This document shows, one piece after another, positions 9,589-20,237 of a DNA stretch of 64,000 bases. The notes beneath the pieces are model-generated. The model was not told the origin of the DNA. It ran no database searches and saw only the letters and a program-made list of their open reading frames with translations. Where the stretch lies: NCBI GenBank assembly GCA_016185945.1, contig JACPMR010000011.1, forward strand, positions 633 through 64,632. Reading direction: 5' to 3'. The translations under genes were made by a program, and so were the position numbers. This DNA comes from Candidatus Woesearchaeota archaeon (GTDB lineage: Archaea > Nanobdellota > Nanobdellia > Woesearchaeales > GW2011-AR4). Position 1 is the first letter of the stretch. Each line of letters begins with the position of its first letter.

Positions 9589-10396
9589 CTTTTGATGCCT
9601 TTTCTATTTCTTTTTGAGTATATCCCTCCTTTAAAAGAGTGTCTTTTATTTGCTGCAAGGTAAATCCTTTCCTTATGCTTTCATCAAAATATTGCTTTAA
9701 AGAACTTATTATCTTGTTTTCTTTATTGATTTTCAAAAATAAGAAGATCAATGTGAGAATAACAATGCCGAACATTAAGAATATCCAATTCGGCATGTTT
9801 GGTGGTTGATTTGAAAACCCTGCTCTGTTTTCTGTATTTAATGAACTTATTTCAATCTCCATGACTTTTGAATTTTTTAAATTGTAAATTTCAATCCTGC
9901 CGGCATTATCGCTATGCGGTATATATACTTGATAATTTTTATTTTCCAAAAAGCTATAATAAAATGAATAGATGTCTGAGCCATCAATGGAGACTATCTT
10001 AACTAAATAGCCGGATTTATCAGGATATTCTGCTTTCTCATCGGATTCCATGACTTGGATTTTATTGAATGCGAGAGAGCCGTCATTGTAATTGACATCC
10101 AGCACAAAATATTTTTCAGGATTGCTTACTGCAAAAGCGGTTATTTTTTGTTGTTGATTTTCATCTAAGATTGAGTAAAACGAAAAAATTGAAACAATGA
10201 ATAAAAATGAAATTAAAACAGCATAATTTTTGACAAACTCCAATTCAGCGTGTTTTTTCACTAAAACACCAACATAATCTTCATCGTATCCGTAATCAAC
10301 CAAAACTTTTCTTACAGCATGCTTGGAGTAACCTTTACTTAAATGCTCCTTTATGTACATTTTCAGTTTTTTGTCTATCCTATTTTTGTCCAGCAT
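9581..10396 (-). CDS. Hypothetical membrane protein with a duplicated short alpha-helical GY-containing domain at both termini.
   Basis: N-terminal LSKGYSKHAVRKVLVDYGY and C-terminal IRKGFTLQQIKDTLLKEGYT repeats; 2 TM segments. Confidence 0.35.
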   Translation of the reverse strand: MLDKNRIDKKLKMYIKEHLSKGYSKHAVRKVLVDYGYDEDYVGVLVKKHAELEFVKNYAVLISFLFIVSIFSFYSILDENQQQKITAFAVSNPEKYFVLDVNYNDGSLAFNKIQVMESDEKAEYPDKSGYLVKIVSIDGSDIYSFYYSFLENKNYQVYIPHSDNAGRIEIYNLKNSKVMEIEISSLNTENRAGFSNQPPNMPNWIFLMFGIVILTLIFLFLKINKENKIISSLKQYFDESIRKGFTLQQIKDTLLKEGYTQKEIEKASKAI

Positions 10397-10543
10397 TTTT
10401 TAACAAAGAGACTAGGTTTTTTGACTTGCCGATGTATTTGACTACTTTCTGCTTTACCTTTCCATCCACTCTTGTGCTTTTTACAAGGTAATAATAGTAA
10501 TTGTTGTTGATTTTCTTGACTCTGAGGAATACCATAGATGATT

Positions 10544-10743
10544 TTAGGCATTACATATATTTAAATGTTGGTATTATTTTAGATTTTTAGGCATTACTTT
10601 AAATATAAGATTAGGCACTACTCAATTGGTTAAAGTTTTATCGAGTTAGGCATTACAGAAGTGTATTTGAATGTTTTAGGCACTACAAGAACACAAACTA
10701 TAATGATAGGATAAAAATGTATTTAGGCACTACAATAAAGATT
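10544..10743 (+). repeat. Array of six direct repeats TTAGGCA(C/T)TAC with irregular spacing, upstream of the DUF1858-IscA gene. Candidate regulator binding-site array.
   Basis: Motif starts at 10544, 10587, 10611, 10646, 10676 and 10733. Confidence 0.6.
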
Positions 10744-10793
10744 AAATTACCAACAAAAACATTTAAATATCAAAGCACTTAACAATTGTTAAC

Positions 10794-11375
10794 ATGGAAC
10801 AAGAAGCTAAACAAGTAAAACAAATCATAACAAAAGACATGACTATTGGTGATGTTGTAGCTAAATACCCAGCTTGCATAGAAGTATTGATGTCTGCAGG
10901 GGTTCATTGCGTTGGATGTCATGTTTCTTACTTGGAAACTCTTGAGCAGGGATTTAAAGGGCATGGAATGGCTGATGAGGAAGTGGATGCAGTAATTGCC
11001 AAGCTAAACGCAGCTGTTGAAGAGTCAAAGCTTGATGAAGGCAAAGATTTCATAATCACAAGCAAAGCAGCTGAAAAATTAAGGGAAGTTTTGAAGGAAA
11101 ACAATAAGGAAGGCAGTGGCTTGAGGGTTGAGATTGTGCCGGGCGGCTGTTCCGGTTTCCAATATGGCTTGGAGCTTGACGACAACACAACTGACTTGGA
11201 TTTGATTTTTGAGGAAAAAGGGGTAAAAATAATAGTGAACAAAGAAAACATGCAGTTCCTGAAAGGCGCAAAGCTCGACTATGTTGACAGCCTGCAGGGG
11301 GCTGGCTTCAAGATAAGCAATCCAAATGTCAAGAGCGGCAGCAGCTGCGGTTGCGGGCAGAGTTTTGAGTATTAA
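10794..11375 (+). CDS. Fusion of a DUF1858 (hybrid-cluster-associated redox disulfide) domain and a HesB/IscA A-type Fe-S carrier.
   Basis: N-terminal MTIGDVVAKYP...HCVGCHVS; C-terminal GGCSGFQYG and SSCGCGQSF signatures of IscA/ErpA. Confidence 0.7.
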   Translation: MEQEAKQVKQIITKDMTIGDVVAKYPACIEVLMSAGVHCVGCHVSYLETLEQGFKGHGMADEEVDAVIAKLNAAVEESKLDEGKDFIITSKAAEKLREVLKENNKEGSGLRVEIVPGGCSGFQYGLELDDNTTDLDLIFEEKGVKIIVNKENMQFLKGAKLDYVDSLQGAGFKISNPNVKSGSSCGCGQSFEY

Positions 11376-11395
11376 GGTTTAAAATTTCAATAAAC

Positions 11396-11575
11396 GAAAA
11401 ATAAATTTAAAAAAATCAATCCCGAGAGCGACTTTGAAATCTAAAGGCGATAAAAGTAAACCGCTTTTAATGTTATTAATGATAGGCGAGCTCCGAACAA
11501 TTGGCAGGGAAGTGAGGAGCGAGCACTAAAGTTTGTGAGCGTAGCGAACGGATAATTAACTAATAAATCAAGGTG
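11396..11575. repeat. GC-rich intergenic repeat block of the same family (GTCGCTCTCGGGATTGA module in reverse orientation, then GAGCGAG-rich segments).
   Basis: aatcaatcccgagagcgac is the reverse complement of gtcgctctcgggattgat seen at 30207..30225. Confidence 0.45.
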
Positions 11576-11580
11576 ATTTA

Positions 11581-12060
11581 ATGGGACAAAAAGGAAGGGA
11601 AATTTCAAAAGTTGACAAGAAATGGGTTTTGAATGAGTTAAGAAAAGCTTATGCTTTTGAATGGGTTGTTCACTATTACGCTGCATTGGCTTCTCAAATT
11701 GTTGCCGGACTAAGAACGCCTGTTTATGAAGAAATTTTTGAAGAAGCGGCAAAAGGTGAGTTTGAGCATGCAAACAAGATTGCAAAAAGGATTGCAGAGC
11801 TTGGCGGCGAACCTCCTGAAACAATGGCAGAGATAGAAAAGCTTGCCAGCTTCGGCAAAGTAAATTTTCCAAACGACAGAAGCGACATTAAGGGTTTCCT
11901 GAAAATTTTCTTGAAAATGGAGCAGCATGCAATTGAATTATATGATGATCTGGCGCAAAAAACCCATGGCAAGGATTTGGTGACGCATGAGCTTGCAGAA
12001 GATCTGCTTGCAGATGAAGTTGCTGAAGAAGAGGAATATGAGAATATGCTGAGGGAGTAG
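11581..12060 (+). CDS. Ferritin-like (bacterioferritin/Dps-type diiron) protein.
   Basis: ExxH motifs (EFEHANKIAKRI, MEQHAIELYDDL) spaced as in Bfr. Confidence 0.5.
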   Translation: MGQKGREISKVDKKWVLNELRKAYAFEWVVHYYAALASQIVAGLRTPVYEEIFEEAAKGEFEHANKIAKRIAELGGEPPETMAEIEKLASFGKVNFPNDRSDIKGFLKIFLKMEQHAIELYDDLAQKTHGKDLVTHELAEDLLADEVAEEEEYENMLRE

Positions 12061-12071
12061 ATTTTAGATTT

Positions 12072-12404
12072 TTATTTTACTATACTCCCTGCTGGAACTT
12101 CTTTTTCTGGATGCAGAAGAACAGGTTTTCCGTTAACATCTGCTGCCAAAATCATTCCTTCACTTTTAATTCCTCTAAACGTTTTTGGCTCTAAATTGAC
12201 TAATATTGGCACTTCTTTTCCAATAAAATAATCAGGCTCATAAAATTCTGCCATTCCCACAACAATCTGGCGTTTTTCAGTTCCTAAATCCACTAAAAGT
12301 TTGATTAGTTTATCTGAACTTTCAACTTTCTCTACAGATATAATTTTTCCTATTCTTATATCTAATTCTTCGAAATCTTCAAAAGTTATATTCATTTTTA
12401 TCAC
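12072..12404 (-). CDS. tRNA-binding protein (Trbp111/CsaA, EMAP-type OB fold).
   Basis: Homologous to the MetRS C-terminal domain (IGKIISVEKVESSDKLIKLLVDLGTEKRQIVVGM). Confidence 0.7.
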   Translation of the reverse strand: MIKMNITFEDFEELDIRIGKIISVEKVESSDKLIKLLVDLGTEKRQIVVGMAEFYEPDYFIGKEVPILVNLEPKTFRGIKSEGMILAADVNGKPVLLHPEKEVPAGSIVK

Positions 12405-12458
12405 CTGTTTCCTTTTTTATTCTATTAAAAAATGAAAAAATAAGTTTTTGAATCTTTA

Positions 12459-12758
12459 TTATTCTGGGGGTGTGTTTTGATGTCCCATCACCCTTGAGTA
12501 TAATGAGCATGTTTCTGCATACTTCATTGAACAGGGAGTAATAACTGAATCTTTTCCTTGTAACATGGGAATTATTTTGATTGGGGTTCCGCCTCTTGCA
12601 TTACCCCCATCAACACTACATCCATACACTTCAAAAGGCACTTCTCCTACTAAAATACCCATTACAACATCTTCTTTACCAATTAATGTAAATGGACATA
12701 CTCTAAAACCTAACATTTGCTCCAACCTACTTAATTGTTCAGATGTTATTGGCTTCAT
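12459..12758 (-). CDS. Hypothetical protein.
   Basis: ORF only; no motif recognised. Confidence 0.25.
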   Translation of the reverse strand: MKPITSEQLSRLEQMLGFRVCPFTLIGKEDVVMGILVGEVPFEVYGCSVDGGNARGGTPIKIIPMLQGKDSVITPCSMKYAETCSLYSRVMGHQNTPPE

Positions 12759-13285
12759 TTTATTATTCTCCGCGTTTTAAGTCCGCATGACTTTTTAGAA
12801 TAGAGTTTTCACTAATCGAAAACTCAAAACAAAATTTTTAACAGAATTATCTGGAAAACCAATAACCCGTCGAGATTTTGAATATTTTGATATCTAACAA
12901 AAACAAGAATTTAGAAACTCTGCCAAAGGCAATCACTCTGTTTCATAAAAATTAGAAAGCATATTAAGTATATAAAACTTTTTATTTTTTTCTGCAAAAT
13001 AAGTTTATAAAAAATAGTTTATCCTTCATGTCAAAAATATTTTCAAAAATTTTTCTAAATAATTGAAAAATTTAAATTTACAAAATATTTTCATACTCTA
13101 ATAAGATGCAAAGTTTTTTCTCAACTAAAGGATGCAAGAATAGAGATTTTATTTTCCATATAGCAAATAAATAAAATAATCAGTATACATTTCTCTATAT
13201 TAATATACAAAATCGGAACATTTAAATATAACTTATGAGCAGAAATGTTAAGCGGTTGTTTCTGTGTGTTAAAAGAGGTGATTTG

Positions 13286-14224
13286 ATGAGAAAGATTGCC
13301 ATATTCAACCAGAAAGGAGGTGTAGGCAAGACAACAACCGCTGTCAACCTTGCTGCAGGCCTTTCAAGAAACAGCAAAAGGGTTCTTTTGATTGACTTGG
13401 ATCCTCAGGGCGACATAAGCGCATGCCAAAACATAAACTCGCAATACAACATCTATCATTTCTTGATGGAAAACGCCGATTTGCAGGACTGCACAAGCAG
13501 GCTTGGCAAAAACCTTGACATTATACATGCAGACCACAAGCTAGCTGATGCAGAGCAGCAGATTGCAAAGGAAAAAGACAGCGTTAACTTTCTTAAAAAT
13601 AGGTTTTCCTTAAAGCTTGATTATGACTATCTACTACTTGATTGCCCTCCATCATGGAGGTTGCTTAACAAAAATGTTTTGCTTTATGCAAGCGAAGTGA
13701 TAATACCCACATCAGCTGATGTGCTCGGCTATGGTTCTCTGGAAAAGACGGTAAAAAGGATTACAGAATTCAACAAAATGAATGGACACAAAATTTTAGT
13801 CAGTTCTATCCTGCCCACAATGTTTGACAAAAGAAACAGGATTTGCAATGAAATATCGCTAAAGATGAAAAAGGAATTCACGCCATTGCTTGTTGCAGAG
13901 CCTATAAGGATTAATTCAAAGCTCAAAGAAGCGCCAAAAGCAAAGATGTCGATTTTTACCTATGACAAAAAATCAACAGGAGCAGAGGACTACTGGAAAT
14001 TTACAAAGTTAATTTTGGAAAACGAGCATATGTTTGACTTAAATCTGCCACAACCACAGCGAGAAAAGGCAATGAAAGAATACTTTATCGACGGCAAAAA
14101 AAGGGAGTTGATGATTGTTAACAACAAGGTAACTTTCGGATTCAAGTTTATAAATTTCGCAAACTCGATGAAAACCCACTTCGAAGAAAACCATAAAAAG
14201 CTGAAGAGGTTTGGATATGCTTAA
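13286..14224 (+). CDS. ParA/MinD-family ATPase with a C-terminal extension.
   Basis: Deviant Walker A KGGVGKTTTAVNLA. AGGTG RBS upstream of the internal ATG chosen as start. Confidence 0.8.
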   Translation: MRKIAIFNQKGGVGKTTTAVNLAAGLSRNSKRVLLIDLDPQGDISACQNINSQYNIYHFLMENADLQDCTSRLGKNLDIIHADHKLADAEQQIAKEKDSVNFLKNRFSLKLDYDYLLLDCPPSWRLLNKNVLLYASEVIIPTSADVLGYGSLEKTVKRITEFNKMNGHKILVSSILPTMFDKRNRICNEISLKMKKEFTPLLVAEPIRINSKLKEAPKAKMSIFTYDKKSTGAEDYWKFTKLILENEHMFDLNLPQPQREKAMKEYFIDGKKRELMIVNNKVTFGFKFINFANSMKTHFEENHKKLKRFGYA

Positions 14225-14359
14225 AAAAATAAGATTAATAATAGCTGTTGTTATTGGTTTTTTATGCTTGGGAATTTTTTACAAGCCAAATTACTACATG
14301 CTAAAGTCGCTTTTTGACATTATAAAGCACAAAATTTAAAGCGCAGAATTTTGAATTGG

Positions 14360-15682
14360 CTATCTGCCCTTGTTGTTCTTAAGCGCTCTTTCAACAACTC
14401 CAAGAAAAGCTTCTGATAAGGTTGGATGGGCATGGATGGTTCCGCTTATCTTCTCTAACGGGATGTTGTTTTTGATTGCCAAGGCAACTTCTGCTACCAG
14501 ATCAGACGCATGAGGCCCGATAGCGCAGAAACCTCTCAAGTAGCCATCTTCATAGTAAATTTTCACAAACCCGTCTGCTTCTCCCATTGCTCTTGCTTTT
14601 CCATTTTCCGCAAACCCGAATTTTGCGGATTTAAGCTCTGAATTGCGCACCCCGACAGAAGAAATTTCAGGAATCGTGAATATTGCGCTAGGAACTGTAG
14701 CCTCGTCAAATTCTGCCTCATATCCCATGATGTTCTTGGCTGCCACCTGCGCCTGCGCATAGGCATAATGAGCCAATTTTATCTTGTCAGTCACATCGCC
14801 AACTGCGTATATATTCTCAACAGAAGTTTGCATCTTGTCATTTACAATTATGCCCTTGCCATATTTTACTCTTAGGTTATCCATTTCGCTTCTGTTGAAA
14901 TACGGCTCAACGCCGACGGCAACCAGTATTTTGTCAGCCTCAACGTATTTTTCTGTTTTGTTATGTTCGAACTTTACCTTATTTCCGTTGATGTCAAGCA
15001 TTTTTGAACTTGTGAATATTTCTATATCTTGTCTCTTCATTATCCTTGCCAATTCTGCAGATATGTCTGCATCCTCATTATAAAGTATACTAGGCATCAT
15101 TTCCATCATTTTTACCTTCACACCCAAACTTGCGAATATCGAGGCAAATTCGCAGCCTATATAGCCGCCTCCTATGATGATTAATGACGACGGCAATTCC
15201 TTCAATTCAATCATTTCCGTGCTGGTTAACACTATGTCATTTAAAGAAAGTCCTGGAAGCATTCTGGGAACTGCGCCTGTTGCAATCACTATGTTTTTTG
15301 CATTAAGGGTTTGTCCTGAAACAGCAACTGTATGCCTGTCCTTGATTCTTGCTTCTCCGAGCATCATTTCCACATTCGCGTCGCTAAGCATTTTTTGGAC
15401 TCCTTTGGACATAATCCTGACAACACGGGCCTTTTTTTCCAGCATTTTTTTAAAATATTTTGATGGCAGCGGAACAGAAAATCCAGAGCTGATTTCCCTT
15501 TTAGCATCAGAAAAAAGCGATGCTGAAGCATGCAAAGTCTTTGTTGGTATGCATCCAGAATTTGTGCATGTTCCACCAAAACTATTTTTTTCAATTATTG
15601 CTGCTTTCCCCCCTGATTCTGCCACCCTTCTTGCGCATTCATAGCCGCCAGGACCTGAGCCAATCACAACTGCGTCGTACAT
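14360..15682 (-). CDS. lpd: Dihydrolipoyl dehydrogenase (L-protein).
   Basis: FAD-binding GSGPGG and the redox-active GGTCTNSGCIPTK motif. Confidence 0.85.
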   Translation of the reverse strand: MYDAVVIGSGPGGYECARRVAESGGKAAIIEKNSFGGTCTNSGCIPTKTLHASASLFSDAKREISSGFSVPLPSKYFKKMLEKKARVVRIMSKGVQKMLSDANVEMMLGEARIKDRHTVAVSGQTLNAKNIVIATGAVPRMLPGLSLNDIVLTSTEMIELKELPSSLIIIGGGYIGCEFASIFASLGVKVKMMEMMPSILYNEDADISAELARIMKRQDIEIFTSSKMLDINGNKVKFEHNKTEKYVEADKILVAVGVEPYFNRSEMDNLRVKYGKGIIVNDKMQTSVENIYAVGDVTDKIKLAHYAYAQAQVAAKNIMGYEAEFDEATVPSAIFTIPEISSVGVRNSELKSAKFGFAENGKARAMGEADGFVKIYYEDGYLRGFCAIGPHASDLVAEVALAIKNNIPLEKISGTIHAHPTLSEAFLGVVERALKNNKGR

Positions 15683-15696
15683 AGGTTTTTGCCTCT

Positions 15697-16494
15697 TTAT
15701 GTTTTAAGATTCCAAGTATCTGTCGAGTATTTTTCCTTCTTTAAAGTATCTGCCAGTTTCTTTTCCTCATTGGTTAATTCGTCCTCAAAAAAGTCGAATT
15801 TAAAATTCTTTTGGAAACCATGCTTAATTGCAGATACCATTTCATTGTAGCTGACATCAATGCCCAACTCGCGTTTAATCGAGGTTATCCTTTTTTTCAA
15901 GCCCTCTGCAAGCTCTTTCGCATTGTCTGAAGGGAATAGCATCGCATTTTTCTCATAATCAAAATCAATAAGCAAAGGACCGTGCTGTAGAATTTTTCCT
16001 TTTAATCTTCTTTGCGCAGAGCCGGATATTTTTTTATTGTTAACTGTTAGTTCATACCAGTTTGAGCTGTTGAAGCATATTGGAGTTGCTAATTTTTGCG
16101 GTTGTTTTTGTATTATTGCTTTGATTCCTATTGTTTCAAATGCAAGGACTAATGCCTGTGCAATTACCTTGTAGGACTTTAATATATCACGCGGCATTTC
16201 AAGCAAATTTTCAGGAAGTATGAAGCTGTAGGTAACCTCTTTATCATGAAGGACGGCTTTCCCGCCTGTTATCCTCCTCACGATTGGAACTTTATGTTTT
16301 TTGCAATTATCAAAATTTATCTCTTTGCCTACATTTTGGTTGTAGCCGACTGAAATTGAAGGAGCAGTCCATTGATACACCCTTAAAGTTGGCTTTTTAC
16401 AAAAATTCAAAATAGATTCATCTATAGCCATGTTAGTGTACGCATCTTTATGCCCCGTATCAATAAACCTGCATTTCATATTATTTAATCTCAT
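15697..16494 (-). CDS. lplA: Lipoate-protein ligase A (catalytic domain).
   Basis: RRITGGKAVLHD motif. Confidence 0.75.
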   Translation of the reverse strand: MRLNNMKCRFIDTGHKDAYTNMAIDESILNFCKKPTLRVYQWTAPSISVGYNQNVGKEINFDNCKKHKVPIVRRITGGKAVLHDKEVTYSFILPENLLEMPRDILKSYKVIAQALVLAFETIGIKAIIQKQPQKLATPICFNSSNWYELTVNNKKISGSAQRRLKGKILQHGPLLIDFDYEKNAMLFPSDNAKELAEGLKKRITSIKRELGIDVSYNEMVSAIKHGFQKNFKFDFFEDELTNEEKKLADTLKKEKYSTDTWNLKT

Positions 16495-16510
16495 AGCATT
16501 TAATTTTTAA

Positions 16511-17440
16511 TCAGCATTGAGCTGCTTGGTTTATTATTGCATTCAGCTTATCTGCCCTATAAGAACTCCTGACTAAAGGCCCTGCTTCAACGTGTTTAAA
16601 CCCAAATTCATAGCCAATCTTTTCCAGCACTTTAAATTCTTCTGGGGTATAGTATTTTTCAATTTTGACATGCTTAACAGATGGCTGCAAATATTGTCCC
16701 AAAGTTAAAAAATCAACATTATTTTGCCGCAACTCAACCATTGTCTGTTTTAGTTCGTCAAGAGTCTCATCAAATCCCAATATAATGCTGGATTTTGTCG
16801 GCATTTTTGAATTGATCTCCTTTATTTTGGCAAGCAGCCTTAGTGAAACATCATAATTGCCTCCTGGCCTTACACGAGTAAAAACTCTTCTCACAGCTTC
16901 TATGTTGTGAGCTAAAACATCGGGCTTTGCATCAATCACGGTTCTTAATGCATCAATATTTAACTCTCCCTCCCTTAAAACTTTGCCCGTCATTAGCTTA
17001 AAATCGGGTATCAGCAGTTCGACAGAGCAATCCGGAGCTTGTTTTTTTATCTGTCTCACAGTTTCTGCGAATATTGAAGCGCCGCCGTCAGCCAAATCGT
17101 CTCTTGTCACAGAGGTTACAACAACATACTTAAGACCCATCTTTCTAACTGCATCAGCTACCATCTCCGGCTCCTCTGGATTCGATTGGGAGGGCTTGCC
17201 TGTCTTGACATTGCAGTAACCGCACCACCTTGTGCATGTGTCTCCAAGAATCAGGAAAGTTGCAGTGCCATGGCTCCAGCACTCAGAAAGATTTGGGCAT
17301 TTGGCCTCTTCGCAAATAGTGTGCAGCCTATTTGTTTTTACCAAATTCCTTACTTTGATATAATTTTCTCCAGAAGGCAGTTTTATTTTCAGCCATTCTG
17401 GATGTCTTCTTTCCTTTTGTATTTGTATTGGCATAGTCAA
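16511..17440 (-). CDS. lipA: Lipoyl synthase.
   Basis: Radical-SAM CTRWCGYC plus an N-terminal Cys cluster CEEAKCPNLSEC. Confidence 0.85.
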   Translation of the reverse strand: MTMPIQIQKERRHPEWLKIKLPSGENYIKVRNLVKTNRLHTICEEAKCPNLSECWSHGTATFLILGDTCTRWCGYCNVKTGKPSQSNPEEPEMVADAVRKMGLKYVVVTSVTRDDLADGGASIFAETVRQIKKQAPDCSVELLIPDFKLMTGKVLREGELNIDALRTVIDAKPDVLAHNIEAVRRVFTRVRPGGNYDVSLRLLAKIKEINSKMPTKSSIILGFDETLDELKQTMVELRQNNVDFLTLGQYLQPSVKHVKIEKYYTPEEFKVLEKIGYEFGFKHVEAGPLVRSSYRADKLNAIINQAAQC

Positions 17441-17455
17441 TAGTGCGTCTTTTGT

Positions 17456-18937
17456 TTAATGCGTCGGCTCATTCAATGCCATCGTTCTTTCATATCTTAA
17501 GATTGGCTTTCTTGCAGCCAATACGCCATCGAGTCTGGAAACGGGAGTAGTTAATGGCGCTGATTTCAGAATTTCAGGATCATTAACGGACTCTTCCTTA
17601 ATCTTAATCATTACTTCCGCAAAAGCATCAAGGGTTTCCTTGCTTTCTGTTTCTGTGGGCTCTATCATGATTGCGCCATGCACGATAAGCGGAAAATATA
17701 TTGTGGGTGCATAAAAACCAAAATCAAGCAATCTTTTTGCCACATCATTTGTTGACACATCGTTGCTAAGGTATTTGTCAGTTAATACAAATTCGTGCTG
17801 GCATGTCCTGTTATAAGGGACATGATAATGCTTTTTCAATTTTGCCAACAAATAATTCGCATTCAGCACAGAATTTTCCCCTATAGCTCTGATGCCTTCA
17901 AACCCGTTAGATCTTATGTAAGTGTAAGCCCTTACTAAAATGCCGAAATTGCCGTAAAATGCCCTTACCCTTCCAATTGAATCCGGAAGATTGTAATTCA
18001 GCCTGTATTTTTTATCAACAACCTCAACGCTTGGCTTCGGCAAAAATCTCTCCAAATGCTTTTTGACCCCAACAGGCCCTGCACCTGGTCCGCCGCCGCC
18101 ATGAGGCGTAGAGAAAGTTTTGTGCAGATTAATGTGCAGGATATCAATCCCAAAATCGCCTGGCCTTGCAATGCCAAGCATGGCATTTAAATTTGCTCCG
18201 TCCATATAAACAATGCTGTTATTGTCATGCATTAATTTTGCCGCATCCAAAATTCTTCTTTCAAACAACCCCAAAGTATTGGGATTTGTAATCATTATAG
18301 CAGCTACATCCTTAGTGAGTTTGGATTTCAAATCGTCTAAATCTATCTCTCCCTCGCTATTGCTTTTGATTTCAACGCACTCAAACCCGCATAATGTTGC
18401 AGACGCAGGATTTGTCCCATGGGCCGAATCGGGAATCAAAATCTTAGTTCTTTTTTCATTCATGCTCTCAAAATATTTTTTGACAATCATAATTCCAGTT
18501 AATTCGCCATGGGAGCCTGCAGCAGGCTGCAATGTAAAAGCATCCATGCCGCTTATCTCCTTCAAATACTGCTGCAATTCATAAATAATCTGCAAAGCTC
18601 CTTGGGAGGATTCTTCCGGTGCATAAGGATGCAGCTGAGAAAAGCCCTCCAGTCTTGCCATATCCTCATTTATCTTGGGGTTGTACTTCATCGTGCAGCT
18701 TCCTAATGGATAAAAGCCATTGTCAACTCCAAAGTTTCTTCTTGATAATGCAGTATAATGCCTTATAACATCCAACTCGCTAACCTCCGGCATATCCAGT
18801 TCCTGCCTTATAAATTCTTCAGGGATTAAATTAGCCTGAAGCGGAACATCCAGTTTCGGCAATTCAACTGCTTTCCTCCCTTTCACGCTTCGCTCAAAAA
18901 TTAATTTCATTTTAATCAGAGGACAATGCCCCAACAA
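17456..18937 (-). CDS. gcvPB: Glycine dehydrogenase (decarboxylating) subunit 2.
   Basis: PLP-dependent P-protein C-terminal-half homolog. Confidence 0.9.
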   Translation of the reverse strand: MLGHCPLIKMKLIFERSVKGRKAVELPKLDVPLQANLIPEEFIRQELDMPEVSELDVIRHYTALSRRNFGVDNGFYPLGSCTMKYNPKINEDMARLEGFSQLHPYAPEESSQGALQIIYELQQYLKEISGMDAFTLQPAAGSHGELTGIMIVKKYFESMNEKRTKILIPDSAHGTNPASATLCGFECVEIKSNSEGEIDLDDLKSKLTKDVAAIMITNPNTLGLFERRILDAAKLMHDNNSIVYMDGANLNAMLGIARPGDFGIDILHINLHKTFSTPHGGGGPGAGPVGVKKHLERFLPKPSVEVVDKKYRLNYNLPDSIGRVRAFYGNFGILVRAYTYIRSNGFEGIRAIGENSVLNANYLLAKLKKHYHVPYNRTCQHEFVLTDKYLSNDVSTNDVAKRLLDFGFYAPTIYFPLIVHGAIMIEPTETESKETLDAFAEVMIKIKEESVNDPEILKSAPLTTPVSRLDGVLAARKPILRYERTMALNEPTH

Positions 18938-20222
18938 GTTCGTCTACCTGTTCTTTTGTATGCATTTCAGTAATGCAAAAAAGCATCCTGTTTTTATGCT
19001 CGGGATAAAACTTGCCCAAGTCCAAGCCAGGCAATATGCCATTTTTAATCAGGTTCTCGCTTGCTTTTTTCAAATCCTTAACCTCGACAACAAATTCATT
19101 ATAGAAAGGAGCTGTGAAAACCCTCTTAATCCCCGCATTTTCCATGCTGTTTACAGCATAGTGTGATTTGTGCAAATTCTGGATTGCCAGATTCTTTAAC
19201 TCTTTTCCTAAAGTTGATAAGGTAATTGTGACAGCCAATGCATTCAAAGCCTGGTTAGTGCATATGTTTGAAGTAGCTTTTTCCCTTCTTATGTGCTGCT
19301 CTCTTGCTTGCAGAGTTAAAACAAATCCCCTGCGTCCTTCACTATCAACAGTCTGCCCTGCCAATCTGCCTGGAATCTGCCTGACAAATTCTCTTTTAGT
19401 TGCCATAAAGCCCACAAACGGGCCTCCAAAGCTGATAGGATTGCCAAATGAATGCCCTTCGCCCACAACTATGTCTGCATTGTAGCTGCCGGGGCTTTTT
19501 AATATGCCGAGAGATGTCGGCTCATTGACGCTAACAACAAGCAAAGCACCATTTTCATGGGCAAAATCAGAGATTGCATTTAAATCTTCTATAAGTCCAA
19601 AAAAATTTGGCTGCTGCACAAGTATGGCTGCAAAATCTTTATGCTCGCCAATTTCAGTGGTTCCATTGCTGCAGCCAACCTCAATCAACTCAATTGAATT
19701 TGCATTTGTGTATGTTTTAACAACCTCTCTGTGCTCCGGATGCACTGCCCTCGAGATTAAAATTTTATTTTTATTCTTTATTCTGCATGCCATAATCGCA
19801 GCTTCCGCCAAAGCGCTGCTGTTATCGTACATTGAAGCATTTGCAGCATCCATTCCTGTGAGGTTGCATATAATTGTCTGATACTCAAAAATGGCTTGCA
19901 GCATTCCCTGGCTTATTTCCGGCTGGTATGGCGTGTATGCTGTAAAAAATTCCCCCCTTAAAAGCAGATGATTGACAATTGTCGGTATGAAATGGCAGTA
20001 TGCGCCTGCTCCGAGAAAAGAAATCATGCCGGTATTGTTTTTCGCAGCTATGCTCTTGAGCAATCTCCCGACTTCCATCTCCGACAAAGCAGATGGAATT
20101 TTCAGTTTTTCTTTTAAGATGAGGCTTTGAGGCACATCTTTAAAAAGCTCGGATACGTCATTTGCTCCAATTACATCAAGCATCTCCTTTATCTGCTCTT
20201 CTGTATTTGAGACATAATGCAT
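18912..20222 (-). CDS. gcvPA: Glycine dehydrogenase (decarboxylating) subunit 1.
   Basis: P-protein N-terminal-half homolog. Confidence 0.9.
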   Translation of the reverse strand: MHYVSNTEEQIKEMLDVIGANDVSELFKDVPQSLILKEKLKIPSALSEMEVGRLLKSIAAKNNTGMISFLGAGAYCHFIPTIVNHLLLRGEFFTAYTPYQPEISQGMLQAIFEYQTIICNLTGMDAANASMYDNSSALAEAAIMACRIKNKNKILISRAVHPEHREVVKTYTNANSIELIEVGCSNGTTEIGEHKDFAAILVQQPNFFGLIEDLNAISDFAHENGALLVVSVNEPTSLGILKSPGSYNADIVVGEGHSFGNPISFGGPFVGFMATKREFVRQIPGRLAGQTVDSEGRRGFVLTLQAREQHIRREKATSNICTNQALNALAVTITLSTLGKELKNLAIQNLHKSHYAVNSMENAGIKRVFTAPFYNEFVVEVKDLKKASENLIKNGILPGLDLGKFYPEHKNRMLFCITEMHTKEQVDELVGALSSD

Positions 20223-20237
20223 TTTATTTTACAATAT

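Noticed and set aside
10544-10743. CRISPR array.
   Set aside because: Repeat unit is only 11 bp, spacings are irregular (24 to 57 bp), and no cas genes are present. More consistent with a binding-site array.
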